A stretch of 64,000 nucleotides of DNA from Armatimonadota bacterium (lineage in GTDB: Bacteria; Armatimonadota; Zipacnadia; Zipacnadales; UBA5352): the NCBI GenBank assembly GCA_034722055.1, contig JAYENL010000038.1, positions 33,744-97,743 on the forward strand, read 5' to 3'. Below the pieces are notes generated by a model. That model was given only the letters and a program-made list of their open reading frames with translations, searched no databases and was not told the DNA's origin. The translations under genes were made by a program, and so were the position numbers. Shown one piece after another: positions 1-9,943 of the stretch. How positions within the stretch are numbered: position 1 is the stretch's first letter; every line of letters begins with the position of its first letter.

Positions 1-1
1 C

Positions 2-538
2 ACCGCCGACGGCGAGCGGATCGACGCCGTCAGCGCCGGCTACCACGGCATCCCCATGTCCGTGGCCGCCGGCGACCTCGACGGCAACGGCGCGGTGGAG
101 ATGGTCATCGGCTCCCGCATCGGCAATGTGCACTGCAAGGAGCATGAGGGCGAGCGCGCCTGGGAGCTGGCCATGGGGAGCCAGGTGACCGACGTTGCCG
201 TCGCCGACGTTGACGGTGACGGCTCGTTGGAGGTCCTGGCGTGCTCCAGCAACCACTACGTCATCTGCACGGATGCCGACGGGGCCGTCCTGTGGCGGCG
301 CAACGTGGGCGGCGCCGCCCGGCAGATGGCGGTCGGTGACATCGACGGCGACGGCCTCCCGGAGATCGCGGTGGCCGTGGCCGACGGGCCGCCGGCGCTG
401 CTCGACAGCGACGGCACGCTGCTGGGCAGAGCCGGCGCCCTCGACGCCGAGCACCTGGCGCTGGCTGACCTGACCGGCGAGGGGCGGCTGGTGCTGGTGA
501 CGGCGGCGCCCGGGGAGATCGTGGCTGTCCGCCCCTGA
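2..538 (+). CDS. FG-GAP/VCBS-repeat beta-propeller protein, 5'-truncated by window edge
   Basis: Frame is open from position 2. Repeated DxDGDG motifs (GDLDGNG, ADVDGDG, GDIDGDG, ADLTGEG) alternate with PQQ-like LWR motifs. Confidence 0.8.
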   Translation, partial: TADGERIDAVSAGYHGIPMSVAAGDLDGNGAVEMVIGSRIGNVHCKEHEGERAWELAMGSQVTDVAVADVDGDGSLEVLACSSNHYVICTDADGAVLWRRNVGGAARQMAVGDIDGDGLPEIAVAVADGPPALLDSDGTLLGRAGALDAEHLALADLTGEGRLVLVTAAPGEIVAVRP

Positions 539-675
539 GGCGCGCCATCGAGGAGCGCTCGAGCGCACCTCGATGCGTCAGGCTGAAGGCCGGCGTGTCC
601 GGGACGGCGAAAACGCGGGCGATGCAAGATCGATCGTCCGCCAACGCTCGACGAGGGAGAACCGGGAGGGATTCG

Positions 676-3600
676 ATGCTCTCACGGAAGGCGTTCGCAG
701 TTGCAGTGAGCGTGCTGGGTGTGTGCCTGCTTGCGACGATTGCGCACTCGGCTCCGCCCGGCACCGCCCAGCAGTGCCCGGCGGCCGTGGTGCCGATGGT
801 CCTGGGAGGCCCGTCGATAGATGGCGACCTCTCCGACCCGGTGTGGACGCGCGCCCCCGCGCTGGGGCCGTTCGTCACCATCGCGGGCGCAGAGGCGACG
901 AATGAGACGCAGGCCATGGCGCTCCGCACAGTGGATGAGCTCTTCGTGGGCTTCCGCTGCGGCTTTGCCGAGGGCTCCGAGTTGCAGGTTGAGGACAGGA
1001 CTCGCGACGGCGACGTCTACCTCGACGAGAGCATCGAGCTGTTCATCGACTCGCACCTGACCATGCGGCGTTACTACCACCTCCTCGTCAACGCGGACAA
1101 CGTCCAGCGGGACGAGGCGGCGGACAGGTTCGCGAGCCCCCAATACGATGCCGGCTGGAACGGCCGCTGGCGCTCGGCGGTGTCAGTGGCCGGCGACGGC
1201 TGGCAGGCCGAGATTGCCATCCCGCTGGGCGAGATCGGGCTGCAGGAGGCCCAGGGCGCGACCATCGGCATCAACTTCTGCCGCAATGACATGACCGTCG
1301 GCGAGCACACCTGCTGGTCGCCGACGGGCGCGGGCTTCCACCAGCCCCCGCGCTTCGGAGTGGCGGTCCTGCCGGCGAGCTTCGGGCGCCCGCGCTTCGA
1401 CCTCACGCTCCCGTCAGTCAGTGATCCAGGGCTGGGCGCGAACCAGCAGCCGCTGACTCTGGTCAGCGGCGATCGGCGCGCGCGGGAGCTGCAGGGGCGG
1501 GTCGTGACCGTTATCGGCAGGCGCCGAGACGAGCAGCCGCTTGATCTGCCGGAGCTGCCTGCCGGGGCAACGGTGACCGCGACGGCGAGCTACGAGATCC
1601 AGGAGGCCGGCGACGGCGCGGTGGTGCTGCTGGCTGAGGAGGGCGGTGAGGTGCAGCGGGCAGCCAAGGTGGCGGTCTCGCTGCCACGCGCGCTCTACGA
1701 GACAATCGGCTACCGCCTCGCCGATGAGGGGCCGATGGGGCTGTGGTGGGCGGAGAGCAGCTACAAGATCCATCGCGAGCAACAGCCGCCGTCGGAGGTG
1801 CGCGACGCCGTAGAGCTGAGCGCGGCGGGGCGCGAGTTCGAGGCGGCCCAGATCGTGCTGCGGCCCAGCGAGACCATGGATGTCACGGTTCAGGTCTCGG
1901 ACTTCCGGAGCGATGAGGCGGCCATCGACGCCGACGACTTCCGGGTGCTGGAGGTGGCCTATGTGCCGGTGCACTGGCGGACGGACTCCTTCGGCTTTCC
2001 AGGCGACTGGCCGGACCCGCTCCCGCCGCTGGAGGGGCCGCTGCACTGTGAGGCCGGGCAGAACCAGCCGCTGTGGCTGCTGGCCCACGTCCCGCCGGGC
2101 ACCCCGGGCGGCGTCTACGAGGGCGAGGTGACGCTCACAGCCGGCGATGTCTCGCAAAGCGTGCCGGTGCGGCTGCGGGTGTGGGACTTCGGGCTGACCC
2201 CTCAGACGCACACCCGCACGGCCTACGGCGTCGGTCCGCCCTACGGGTTCGTCGGCGCGCAGACGGAAGACGACAGGCGCGAGGTGTTCGACCTCTACAT
2301 GCAGGTCTGCCGCGACCACCGCATCTCGCCGTACCGCCCGTTCAGCTTCCACCCCATGGACATCCAGACGCTGCCGCCCATGCGCCAGCTCACGATGGGG
2401 CGGTTCGAACTGGTCCTGCCCGAGGCTGGGCAGCACCCCTGGCGGATGCTCTGGGACGGGGAGCGGATCGCCACCCAGCGGACGTCCATGACGCACTTCG
2501 AGAGGGAGGGCGTGGGCTATCAGGGCACGGGTGTCTCATGGCCCTACGTGAACAACATCGCATCGGTGACCGAGGTGGAGAGCAGCGAGCACATGCGCGT
2601 CTACGAGGTGGTGGCCGAGCACACCGGCTCGGCGCCGGCCGCGCGCAGCTTCCGGCTGACTTTCCGCCTGTATGTGCCCGCCGGCGACAACTGGTTCGGC
2701 TGGCGCCTCGTGCAGATGGAGAGCACCGACGAGGTCGAGGTCGAAATCCGCAACTACTACAACATTCCGCATACAGACTTCGAGGCGCAGCAGGTCGCCA
2801 ACGGCGATGGCTTCGCGACATGGTCGGGCGATGAGGTGGGCTTCGGCATGCTCTGCCTGGATGGCTCCGTCTCGGGGCTGAGCGTCAAGGAGGGCGCATC
2901 CGGCGTGACCGTCGCCAACGGGGTGGAGCCCTTCGGCATCGAGCAGGGCCAGACGCACGAGGGCTGGGGACCGTTCGTGGTCTACTTCGCGACCGGTCAG
3001 ACCTCACCCGAGGCTATGGCCGAGCGCGCTGAGTGGCTGCGCGGGCGCATCGACCCCGCCGACCCCACGTCCTATGTTCCCGCCCAGCCGCAGCAGATCG
3101 CGGAGGACCGGCGCGAGACGACCGAGTTCAGCCATGACTTCGCCCGGTTCGACGAGGGTGCCGAGCGCTACCTGGAGCAGTTCCACTTCAACGCCTTCAA
3201 CTACTCGGCGATGCCGGGGAGCATAGCGGGCCACTCACGCTTCAGTGATGAGTACAAGCGTCTGCACGCAGAGATGTACGGGCCTGCCATCGAGCACCTG
3301 CGGGAGAGGGGCTGGCTGCCGCTGGCCTACTCCTACTGGTTTGACGAGCCGACCGAGGAGGAGTATGAATACGTGGCCGAGGGCATGAGCGTGCTTGGCG
3401 AGAACTGCCCCGGCCTCACGCGACTGCTGACCGAGCAGCCCGAGGAGCCGCTGCACGATGTGGTGGACCTGTGGGTGCCGGTGCTCAGCCGCTTCGACCC
3501 GGAGGCGTGCGCTGCGCGGCAGGCCGCTGGCGACGAGGTGTGGTGGTACGTCTGCTGTGGGCCCCGCGCGCCCTACCCCAACAACTTCATCGACCACCCG

Positions 3601-4128
3601 GCCATCAACCACCGCATCCGCTTCTGGATGGCCGAGAAGTACGGTGTCGAGGGCTCACTCTACTGGTCCACCACCTACCACGGGTCCATCCCTGAGGGGC
3701 TTGAGCAGGCCGCTGCGGGGCCGCGGAATCCGTGGGAGGAGGCCATGAGCTTCAACAGCCGCGGCGGCCACTGGGGCAACGGTGACGGCTTCCTGCTCTA
3801 CCCGGCCTGCCGCGCGCCCAGTGACGAGCCGGTCCTCGAGCCGCCCGTGGTGTCCTTGCGCTTTGAGATGCTCCGCGACGGCCTGGAGGATCGGGAGTAC
3901 TTCTGGACGCTGCGGGAGGAGGTCGAGCGGCTGGAGGCGATGCGGCCGGGCGCCGATCGCGCCACGCGCCGGGCCATCGAGGGGGCCCTCCGGCAGGCGC
4001 GGCAGGCCCTCGGCGCCCCCAACAGGCTGGCGAAGACGCTGACCGAGTACACCAAGGACCCCACCGAGCTGCTGGCGGAGCGCCGGGCGCTGGCGGAGGC
4101 CATCGAGGAGTGCGCGGCCATCCAGTGA
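676..4128 (+). CDS. Secreted protein: CBM9/DOMON-like N-terminal domain plus DUF4091/GH123-like glycoside hydrolase region
   Basis: ATG 676 after GGGAGGG, followed by a signal peptide. CBM9-like motifs IDGDLSDPVW, DESIELFID, WQAEIAIP. DUF4091-type motifs YWFDEP, WWYVCCGP, GDGFLLYP, SLRFEMLRDGLEDREY. Confidence 0.8.
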   Translation: MLSRKAFAVAVSVLGVCLLATIAHSAPPGTAQQCPAAVVPMVLGGPSIDGDLSDPVWTRAPALGPFVTIAGAEATNETQAMALRTVDELFVGFRCGFAEGSELQVEDRTRDGDVYLDESIELFIDSHLTMRRYYHLLVNADNVQRDEAADRFASPQYDAGWNGRWRSAVSVAGDGWQAEIAIPLGEIGLQEAQGATIGINFCRNDMTVGEHTCWSPTGAGFHQPPRFGVAVLPASFGRPRFDLTLPSVSDPGLGANQQPLTLVSGDRRARELQGRVVTVIGRRRDEQPLDLPELPAGATVTATASYEIQEAGDGAVVLLAEEGGEVQRAAKVAVSLPRALYETIGYRLADEGPMGLWWAESSYKIHREQQPPSEVRDAVELSAAGREFEAAQIVLRPSETMDVTVQVSDFRSDEAAIDADDFRVLEVAYVPVHWRTDSFGFPGDWPDPLPPLEGPLHCEAGQNQPLWLLAHVPPGTPGGVYEGEVTLTAGDVSQSVPVRLRVWDFGLTPQTHTRTAYGVGPPYGFVGAQTEDDRREVFDLYMQVCRDHRISPYRPFSFHPMDIQTLPPMRQLTMGRFELVLPEAGQHPWRMLWDGERIATQRTSMTHFEREGVGYQGTGVSWPYVNNIASVTEVESSEHMRVYEVVAEHTGSAPAARSFRLTFRLYVPAGDNWFGWRLVQMESTDEVEVEIRNYYNIPHTDFEAQQVANGDGFATWSGDEVGFGMLCLDGSVSGLSVKEGASGVTVANGVEPFGIEQGQTHEGWGPFVVYFATGQTSPEAMAERAEWLRGRIDPADPTSYVPAQPQQIAEDRRETTEFSHDFARFDEGAERYLEQFHFNAFNYSAMPGSIAGHSRFSDEYKRLHAEMYGPAIEHLRERGWLPLAYSYWFDEPTEEEYEYVAEGMSVLGENCPGLTRLLTEQPEEPLHDVVDLWVPVLSRFDPEACAARQAAGDEVWWYVCCGPRAPYPNNFIDHPAINHRIRFWMAEKYGVEGSLYWSTTYHGSIPEGLEQAAAGPRNPWEEAMSFNSRGGHWGNGDGFLLYPACRAPSDEPVLEPPVVSLRFEMLRDGLEDREYFWTLREEVERLEAMRPGADRATRRAIEGALRQARQALGAPNRLAKTLTEYTKDPTELLAERRALAEAIEECAAIQ

Positions 4129-4148
4129 CGCGCGCGCCTTGAGCGCGA

Positions 4149-7100
4149 TCATTCGCCGACGGTCAGCTCCGCGGAGCCCGCGACACCGGTCGCCACGTCG
4201 GTGGCACGGATGGTCCAGGTGCCGGGCGCATCGTCGAGCGCCAGGCGGAGCTCCGTGGAGGCGATCCCGCGCGGGGCGGTGAGCTGCTGCCCGTAGTGCT
4301 CCAGCACCTGGCCCGCCGGGTCCGTGACCTCGACCCTGAAGACGTGCAGGCTGGCTTCGTCGGGGCCGTCCACTGACACCAGCGCCTGGACGGTATCGCC
4401 GGGAGCGACCTCGGCGTCGCGGAGGCGGACCCTCAGGCCCTCCACGCGGTAGGGCAGCAGCGAGTAGATGCGGCACTGCCCGGGCTCGAAGACCTGCTCC
4501 ACCGTCTGCCCGGCCCCCAGGTAGCTGCCGGTCCGAGCCTCGTAGACGTGCGGACCTCCCTGGAACGTCAGACGCACCTCCGACCGGCCCTTGGCGGCGT
4601 CCCGCAGTACGCCAACGAACTGGGCGCCTCCAGCCCGGAAGCGCGCGATGTACAGGTGGTGGTCACCGGTCACCTCGAAGTCGATGGCCGGCCGCACGCC
4701 CGCCAGCCTTAGCGTCTCCGCCACCAGCTCCCGCACAGGCTCGCCCACGCCCACCTCGCGGCGGCGCCGGTAGCTGTCGAGGAAGAGGTTGAGCAGCACC
4801 GCGCGCCCCTCGCCCACGTCGTTGACGATCAGCGCCGGCTGCCCCGCCACCTCACCCAGGGCCCGCGCGGTGGTCAGCGACAGCCCCGTGTCGCCGCCGA
4901 GGGTCTCGAAGCTGAGGGAGGTGGGGTCGCACTCGCCCATGGTCTCAGTGAAGCTGGCCATGCCTTCGGGCCGGCGCGCCATCGGGTCAATGTCCTCGCG
5001 CCGCACGCCGAACAGCTCATCGAGCGCGCCGACCGCACGCGGCGTGCAGTGCTCGTCCATCAGGCCGATGCGCGCATCGGCCAGCAGCGTGCCCCCGGAA
5101 CGAACGTAGCTCTCGATCTCCGCCACCTCGCCATCCGAGAGCGCTACGGAGTAGGGCAGCAGGAACGCCGCGGGCATCAGCTCCGTCAGCTCCCCGTCCT
5201 CGAGCTGCTGGTAGGAGAGGAAGCGCACCTGCATGCCGGAGTCCTCGATAGCCTGCACCCATCCGCCTCGGTTGTCGCTGAACAGCGCCTGGCCGCCGGT
5301 GATCCAGGCTCCGTGGATGCTCGGGTGCGAGTAGTGAACGAGGACATCGGCCTGCCGCTCGCAGCCGTCCAGCAGGCGCGCCAGGCCCCCTTGGATGTCA
5401 TCCAGGTGGCGCAGGGCGTCTGAGGTGCTCTGCGTCCACGTGTAGTCGGGCCAGAACACGTAGGTGCTGGTGAAGAAGCTGCCGCCGTCGCTGGCGTTGA
5501 GCAGCCGGCGCCAGAGGCGGTGGGAGAGGCCGGGGTCGGTCGCTGCATAGCCCCACCACGGCGCTGTGAGCAGGTCATGGAAGGAGCGCTGCATCTCCCC
5601 GGTGTTCTTGTGGTCGTATGTCTGGCCGAAGTCGAGGGCGTCGGTGAGCCGCCACCAGTCGTAGCCGCCGTAGGCCTCAGCCGCCTGGGTGCCGGACATC
5701 CCCACCCGCGCGCCGGGATCGTGGGCCTCCAGCTCACCGTCAACGAAGTCCAGGAACCACGCCATGGTGAACTCCATGAAGGTCCGGTGATCGGCCCAGG
5801 GGGCGTAGTTGCCGCGCTCGCGCACCTCCTCGGCGGTCATGGGCATGACCTCGTCCCACGCCGCGAAGTCGGTCTCCCACTGGTCGTTCAGCGCCGCCAG
5901 CGAGGGGTACCGCTCCTGCAGCCACGCCCTGAAGTGCTCCAGCGCCACAGGGCTGAAGTCGTAGTCGAAGGGCGTGACGTAGTGGGTGATCGACAGCTCA
6001 TCGCCGCAGGAGTAGCCCACCGGTCGGTAGCGCGCCACCGCCTCAGTGACCTCCGCGATCTTCTCCGACACGAGCTGCCGGGTGTTCTCGGCCTGCAGCG
6101 TGTAGGGGCGCTGCAGGTACTGCTTCTCGCCCGTCTTCGTGTAGAGCTCGCGCTGCTCGTCGAAGGTCAGCATGTCCTCGCCACGCACGGAGTTCATGTG
6201 CAGGACCGGGCCGATGATGCCCAGCGGGATGGCGCGAAAGCCATGCTCGAAGGTGTTCCGCTGCTCGCCATCGTGGAGCCAGTTCGAGGAGGTGGTGACG
6301 GCCTCGATCCCCAGGCGCTTGACTCGCTGGGAGGCCCAGTCGGCCAGATACTCCCGGGAGTATGCCCCGGCCGGACCACCCCACATCGCCGCCAGCCACG
6401 GCTCCCAGGTGCGCTCGTCCCAGGCCGGCGGCATGGTCAGGACAGTGCGCTCCTCGGCATCGAGCAGCCTATCGCCGTCGCGGACTTCCACCCGCAGCGT
6501 CGCGGTGGTGGCCAGCGGCTCAGGCAGCTCGATGGAGACCGACGCCTCGCCGGACGATCCCGCCTCCTGGGTCTCCCTCGCCACCAGCCGGTCGTAGCCG
6601 TCGCGCAGCAGCGCAACGAGCTGGACTTCCGCCGGCGCGGGCTCGACCGGCTCCAGCGTCACCTGCGCCTGGACGGCATCGCCCTCCCGGTAGATGCGAT
6701 CCTCCACCTCCAGCGCGGTGACCTCCACGCGGGGCGTGACGCGCACCGTGGCCGTGCCCCAGTCGAGCACGGCCCCCTGCTCGTCGCGGAGGATGAGATC
6801 GACCAGGTGCAGCCCGCCAGCCATGTCCTCCGCAAGCGGGATGGCGTTGTCGCCCTCGGTGAGGCTGACCTGCGCCGTATGCTCCACGCTGCCGAACTCG
6901 TCCACGATGCGGACCTGTGCCCGGACCGCGTCGGCGGCGCCCTGGAGTGTAACGTGAAGCGCGGGCGCCTCGCCGCCCTGCAGGGGCGTACCCGGCTCCA
7001 CTGACAGCGACGCGATGCGACCCTCAGGCTCGCGGCCGGCAGCCCACAGTGTGCACTTTGCCAGCAGGCTGTGGTAGTACTCCCAGTAATCGAACCTGGT

Positions 7101-9017
7101 AGGCGCGAACTGAATCCAGGGCGTGAGGCCGTTGGAGTAGCTGCCCGGCCCTTGCCAGGAGGTGCAGTAGCCCAGGCCGACGATGCGACCGTCGCCGTAG
7201 TTCTTCACCGCCAGCAGCGGATACCTGTCAGCGCGCGCAAGGACCTGGCCATCGTCCGTGTAGCGGGTGGTATCCGTAGGGGGCAGGGCCTCCCACGGGA
7301 TGCCGACCGTCAGGTAGTGCTGCCGCTCGGCGCGCCAGGGGAACTCCGGGCGCGATCCGCCCTCGATGCCCCCGAAGGGCAGGGCCTCCCACAGCTTTTC
7401 GGAGCAGTCGTTGGGATTGGCCCACACCAGCCCGGCGCCATCCTCCACCTGCCCGAGGATGGCGTCGATGATGTCCTCGGGGAACAGCTCAGCGGAGAGC
7501 CCGCCGATGAGGATGGCCTCGTACCGGTTCTCCTCCAGCAGCTCGCGAATGTTGTCGAGGGACCACTCCAGGTTGACGGCCTTGCCGAACATGCCTGTGG
7601 TGGCGCTCATGGCGTAGGGCGTGGTGATGGTCGGCGCGTCGTAGTCCATCTCCAGGCGCTGGGCCAGCTCCACGGTCTCCCTGCCCACCAGCAGGTCGTT
7701 GATGATCAGCGCGCGCACCGGCCCGCCGGCCAGCGGCTTCGCCCACCTCACGTGCGGCGTGACCACGTCCTCGGATGGTGGCCGGTCCTCAGGGCCCGTG
7801 CCCCGGGCCGCGAGCTTGTCCTCGAAGCGCTCGCCGACCCGCCCTACGCGCTCCTCGACCGGCTCCAGCGCAATCTGTCCGCTGCGCTCGCCTACCACCA
7901 GCTCGTGGCTGAAGTCCGTGAGGCGCTCCCCGTTCGCTCGCACCTCGCCGCGCAGCACCCACGTGCCGGCCTGCGGCAGCTCCACCGACAGCTCATGTTC
8001 GTGGGTCTGTCCAGGCTTCAGCTCCGCACTCCAGGTCGCAACGTCCTCAGCCTCGCCATCCGGAAGCCGCCGGCCGCTGAGGGTCACGCGGGCGCTGAGC
8101 TGGCGCGGGGAGGAGAGCTGCACGGTGAGCGGAACCGCGCCCGGCGCGTCGATGGAGTCCGGGGCGTCGCCGAGGCCCACCACCACCTCCCGGGCGGCGC
8201 CCGCCACCCGGCCCATCTCGGCGAAGGGCAGCAGCCAGGCCGTGGTCTCCATGGCCGAGCCGTTGGGGATCTCCCGCGAGCGGAAGGCCCACTCCAGGCT
8301 CGCCACGTCCCCGCCCATCCAGTTGTAGAAGAGCATCAGCGGGGGGAACTCGGTGATCGCCGCCACGCCCACGCCGCTCTCAGCCGCCACCGCCGACCAG
8401 CCGCGCGCCGGGTCGTACCACCAGTACTCGCCACCGCCGCCCGCCCCGTAGCTGGCGGTTTTAACGCCCTCGGTGGTCGGGACGTAGTAGGTGTTCTGCT
8501 CCTGGGGCACGCCCAGACGGCTGTGCCACCACAGGCCGACTCGCAGCGGCTGCATCGCCGCCTGGCCGACGCCGAAGCGGTAGTCGGCGCGGACGGCGCT
8601 GGAGCCGGCCTCGATGCTGATGGTCTTCTCGAAGGTCATGAAGCGCCCCGGGCCCACCGAGCCGGGACCGGTCATGGTGATGGCCGCACGCGCTGGAGTT
8701 CGGTCCACAGTGTAGGTGTAGACGGACTCGGTCCACTGGCGGTAGACGTCCGCGTTGGCGTAGTTCCACAGCCGGTCCACGAACACCCTACCCTCGGTGC
8801 GTGAGGTGAGATGCGTCTCGGCGGGCTTGTAGAACAGCTCGTCAAGCCGCCCGCCCATCGTCGGCCGGGCGCGCAGCCGAACCAGCTCGTTCTCGAGCAC
8901 GATGGCCGGCTCGCCCATCACGGTGGTCTCCTCCACCGTGCATTCGGCGCCAGCCATCTGCAGCGACGCCACCATCAGGACGATCGTGGCTCCCACGCGC
9001 ACGTGTCTCGTCGTCAT
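4149..9017 (-). CDS. Large secreted GH42-like glycoside hydrolase with trimerisation (GATase-like) domain
   Basis: 1622 aa with signal peptide. GH42-like FRAWLQERYPSLAALNDQWETDF and WADHRTFM. Trimerisation-domain motif FLLPYSVALSDGEVAEIESYVRSGGTLLAD. C-terminal Ig-like LALDDAPGTW. Confidence 0.72.
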   Translation of the reverse strand: MTTRHVRVGATIVLMVASLQMAGAECTVEETTVMGEPAIVLENELVRLRARPTMGGRLDELFYKPAETHLTSRTEGRVFVDRLWNYANADVYRQWTESVYTYTVDRTPARAAITMTGPGSVGPGRFMTFEKTISIEAGSSAVRADYRFGVGQAAMQPLRVGLWWHSRLGVPQEQNTYYVPTTEGVKTASYGAGGGGEYWWYDPARGWSAVAAESGVGVAAITEFPPLMLFYNWMGGDVASLEWAFRSREIPNGSAMETTAWLLPFAEMGRVAGAAREVVVGLGDAPDSIDAPGAVPLTVQLSSPRQLSARVTLSGRRLPDGEAEDVATWSAELKPGQTHEHELSVELPQAGTWVLRGEVRANGERLTDFSHELVVGERSGQIALEPVEERVGRVGERFEDKLAARGTGPEDRPPSEDVVTPHVRWAKPLAGGPVRALIINDLLVGRETVELAQRLEMDYDAPTITTPYAMSATTGMFGKAVNLEWSLDNIRELLEENRYEAILIGGLSAELFPEDIIDAILGQVEDGAGLVWANPNDCSEKLWEALPFGGIEGGSRPEFPWRAERQHYLTVGIPWEALPPTDTTRYTDDGQVLARADRYPLLAVKNYGDGRIVGLGYCTSWQGPGSYSNGLTPWIQFAPTRFDYWEYYHSLLAKCTLWAAGREPEGRIASLSVEPGTPLQGGEAPALHVTLQGAADAVRAQVRIVDEFGSVEHTAQVSLTEGDNAIPLAEDMAGGLHLVDLILRDEQGAVLDWGTATVRVTPRVEVTALEVEDRIYREGDAVQAQVTLEPVEPAPAEVQLVALLRDGYDRLVARETQEAGSSGEASVSIELPEPLATTATLRVEVRDGDRLLDAEERTVLTMPPAWDERTWEPWLAAMWGGPAGAYSREYLADWASQRVKRLGIEAVTTSSNWLHDGEQRNTFEHGFRAIPLGIIGPVLHMNSVRGEDMLTFDEQRELYTKTGEKQYLQRPYTLQAENTRQLVSEKIAEVTEAVARYRPVGYSCGDELSITHYVTPFDYDFSPVALEHFRAWLQERYPSLAALNDQWETDFAAWDEVMPMTAEEVRERGNYAPWADHRTFMEFTMAWFLDFVDGELEAHDPGARVGMSGTQAAEAYGGYDWWRLTDALDFGQTYDHKNTGEMQRSFHDLLTAPWWGYAATDPGLSHRLWRRLLNASDGGSFFTSTYVFWPDYTWTQSTSDALRHLDDIQGGLARLLDGCERQADVLVHYSHPSIHGAWITGGQALFSDNRGGWVQAIEDSGMQVRFLSYQQLEDGELTELMPAAFLLPYSVALSDGEVAEIESYVRSGGTLLADARIGLMDEHCTPRAVGALDELFGVRREDIDPMARRPEGMASFTETMGECDPTSLSFETLGGDTGLSLTTARALGEVAGQPALIVNDVGEGRAVLLNLFLDSYRRRREVGVGEPVRELVAETLRLAGVRPAIDFEVTGDHHLYIARFRAGGAQFVGVLRDAAKGRSEVRLTFQGGPHVYEARTGSYLGAGQTVEQVFEPGQCRIYSLLPYRVEGLRVRLRDAEVAPGDTVQALVSVDGPDEASLHVFRVEVTDPAGQVLEHYGQQLTAPRGIASTELRLALDDAPGTWTIRATDVATGVAGSAELTVGE

Positions 9018-9023
9018 CTCAGC

Positions 9024-9854
9024 TCAATCCTCTCGCTTGACCGGCAGCACGATGTCAAGATCGATCAGGGAGCGAACGCCGGGGTAGGCCCTGGCCGGGT
9101 AGCCGAGCTTCGGCACCCGCATGAAGAAGGCGTAGTCATCGGGATTCCAGCGCTGAACGGTGACCTGTGCTCCGTCATTGACCCACAGATGCAGCGGCGC
9201 CTGACCGCAGTCCACGGTGAAGGTGCGCAGTTCCCCCCGCAGTTCCGACAGCGAGTGCTCGTCGGGGTCGGCGCTGATGGTCCCGCCCAGGGCGTGGCTG
9301 GTGAAGTCCGCCGACCACCGGCAGCCATCGAGCGGCCTGGCACGCATGGCGATGACCAGGTTCGCGCCACGCAGATGTACCAGCCGCAGCCAGTTGAACT
9401 CGTAGCGCAGATGCACGCGGCCGGTGGGATGGACGGTGACGGTCTGGGTGAGGCGATAGAGCGGATCGCCCCCCAATATCTCCTCGCGGAGGCAGTTTCG
9501 CGAGATCACAACGGTGGCGGACTCGCCACGGAGGTCGGCGTGGATGCTTTCGGGCGCCGGCCCCAGGCCCCCGCGCGAGGTCTCGCCCTGGACGGCGCGG
9601 AGTCCCTCGCCGGTCTGGAAGGATATGGGCGTGGTGTAAAGTGCGATGAGCCAGATCTGCTCGGTCTCGCCGACCGTCAGCGGGCCGAGTCGCCCCGTGC
9701 AATCGACCTGCACGGAGAAGGCGTCCGTGCCCAGGATGACGCTGTCGGGGCTCTCCTCCAGCACCCGGACAGGCTCGGCTGGCGCCGGCGAAGCGCTGGC
9801 GCACAGAAGCACCCCGAGGGCGGTGACTAAGATGGCTCGGGACCCGGTATCCAT
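9024..9854 (-). CDS. Secreted hypothetical protein, predicted beta-rich
   Basis: 276-aa ORF with a signal peptide. It ends 6 nt before the next gene in the same orientation. Confidence 0.7.
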   Translation of the reverse strand: MDTGSRAILVTALGVLLCASASPAPAEPVRVLEESPDSVILGTDAFSVQVDCTGRLGPLTVGETEQIWLIALYTTPISFQTGEGLRAVQGETSRGGLGPAPESIHADLRGESATVVISRNCLREEILGGDPLYRLTQTVTVHPTGRVHLRYEFNWLRLVHLRGANLVIAMRARPLDGCRWSADFTSHALGGTISADPDEHSLSELRGELRTFTVDCGQAPLHLWVNDGAQVTVQRWNPDDYAFFMRVPKLGYPARAYPGVRSLIDLDIVLPVKRED

Positions 9855-9943
9855 GGCCCATCTCGCAGAGGCGCGCTGACGTTGGGGCCCACGCTCATCG
9901 TACCGCCGGTAGCCCGCGCCGTCAAGCGCAGGCTACGGAGCGC

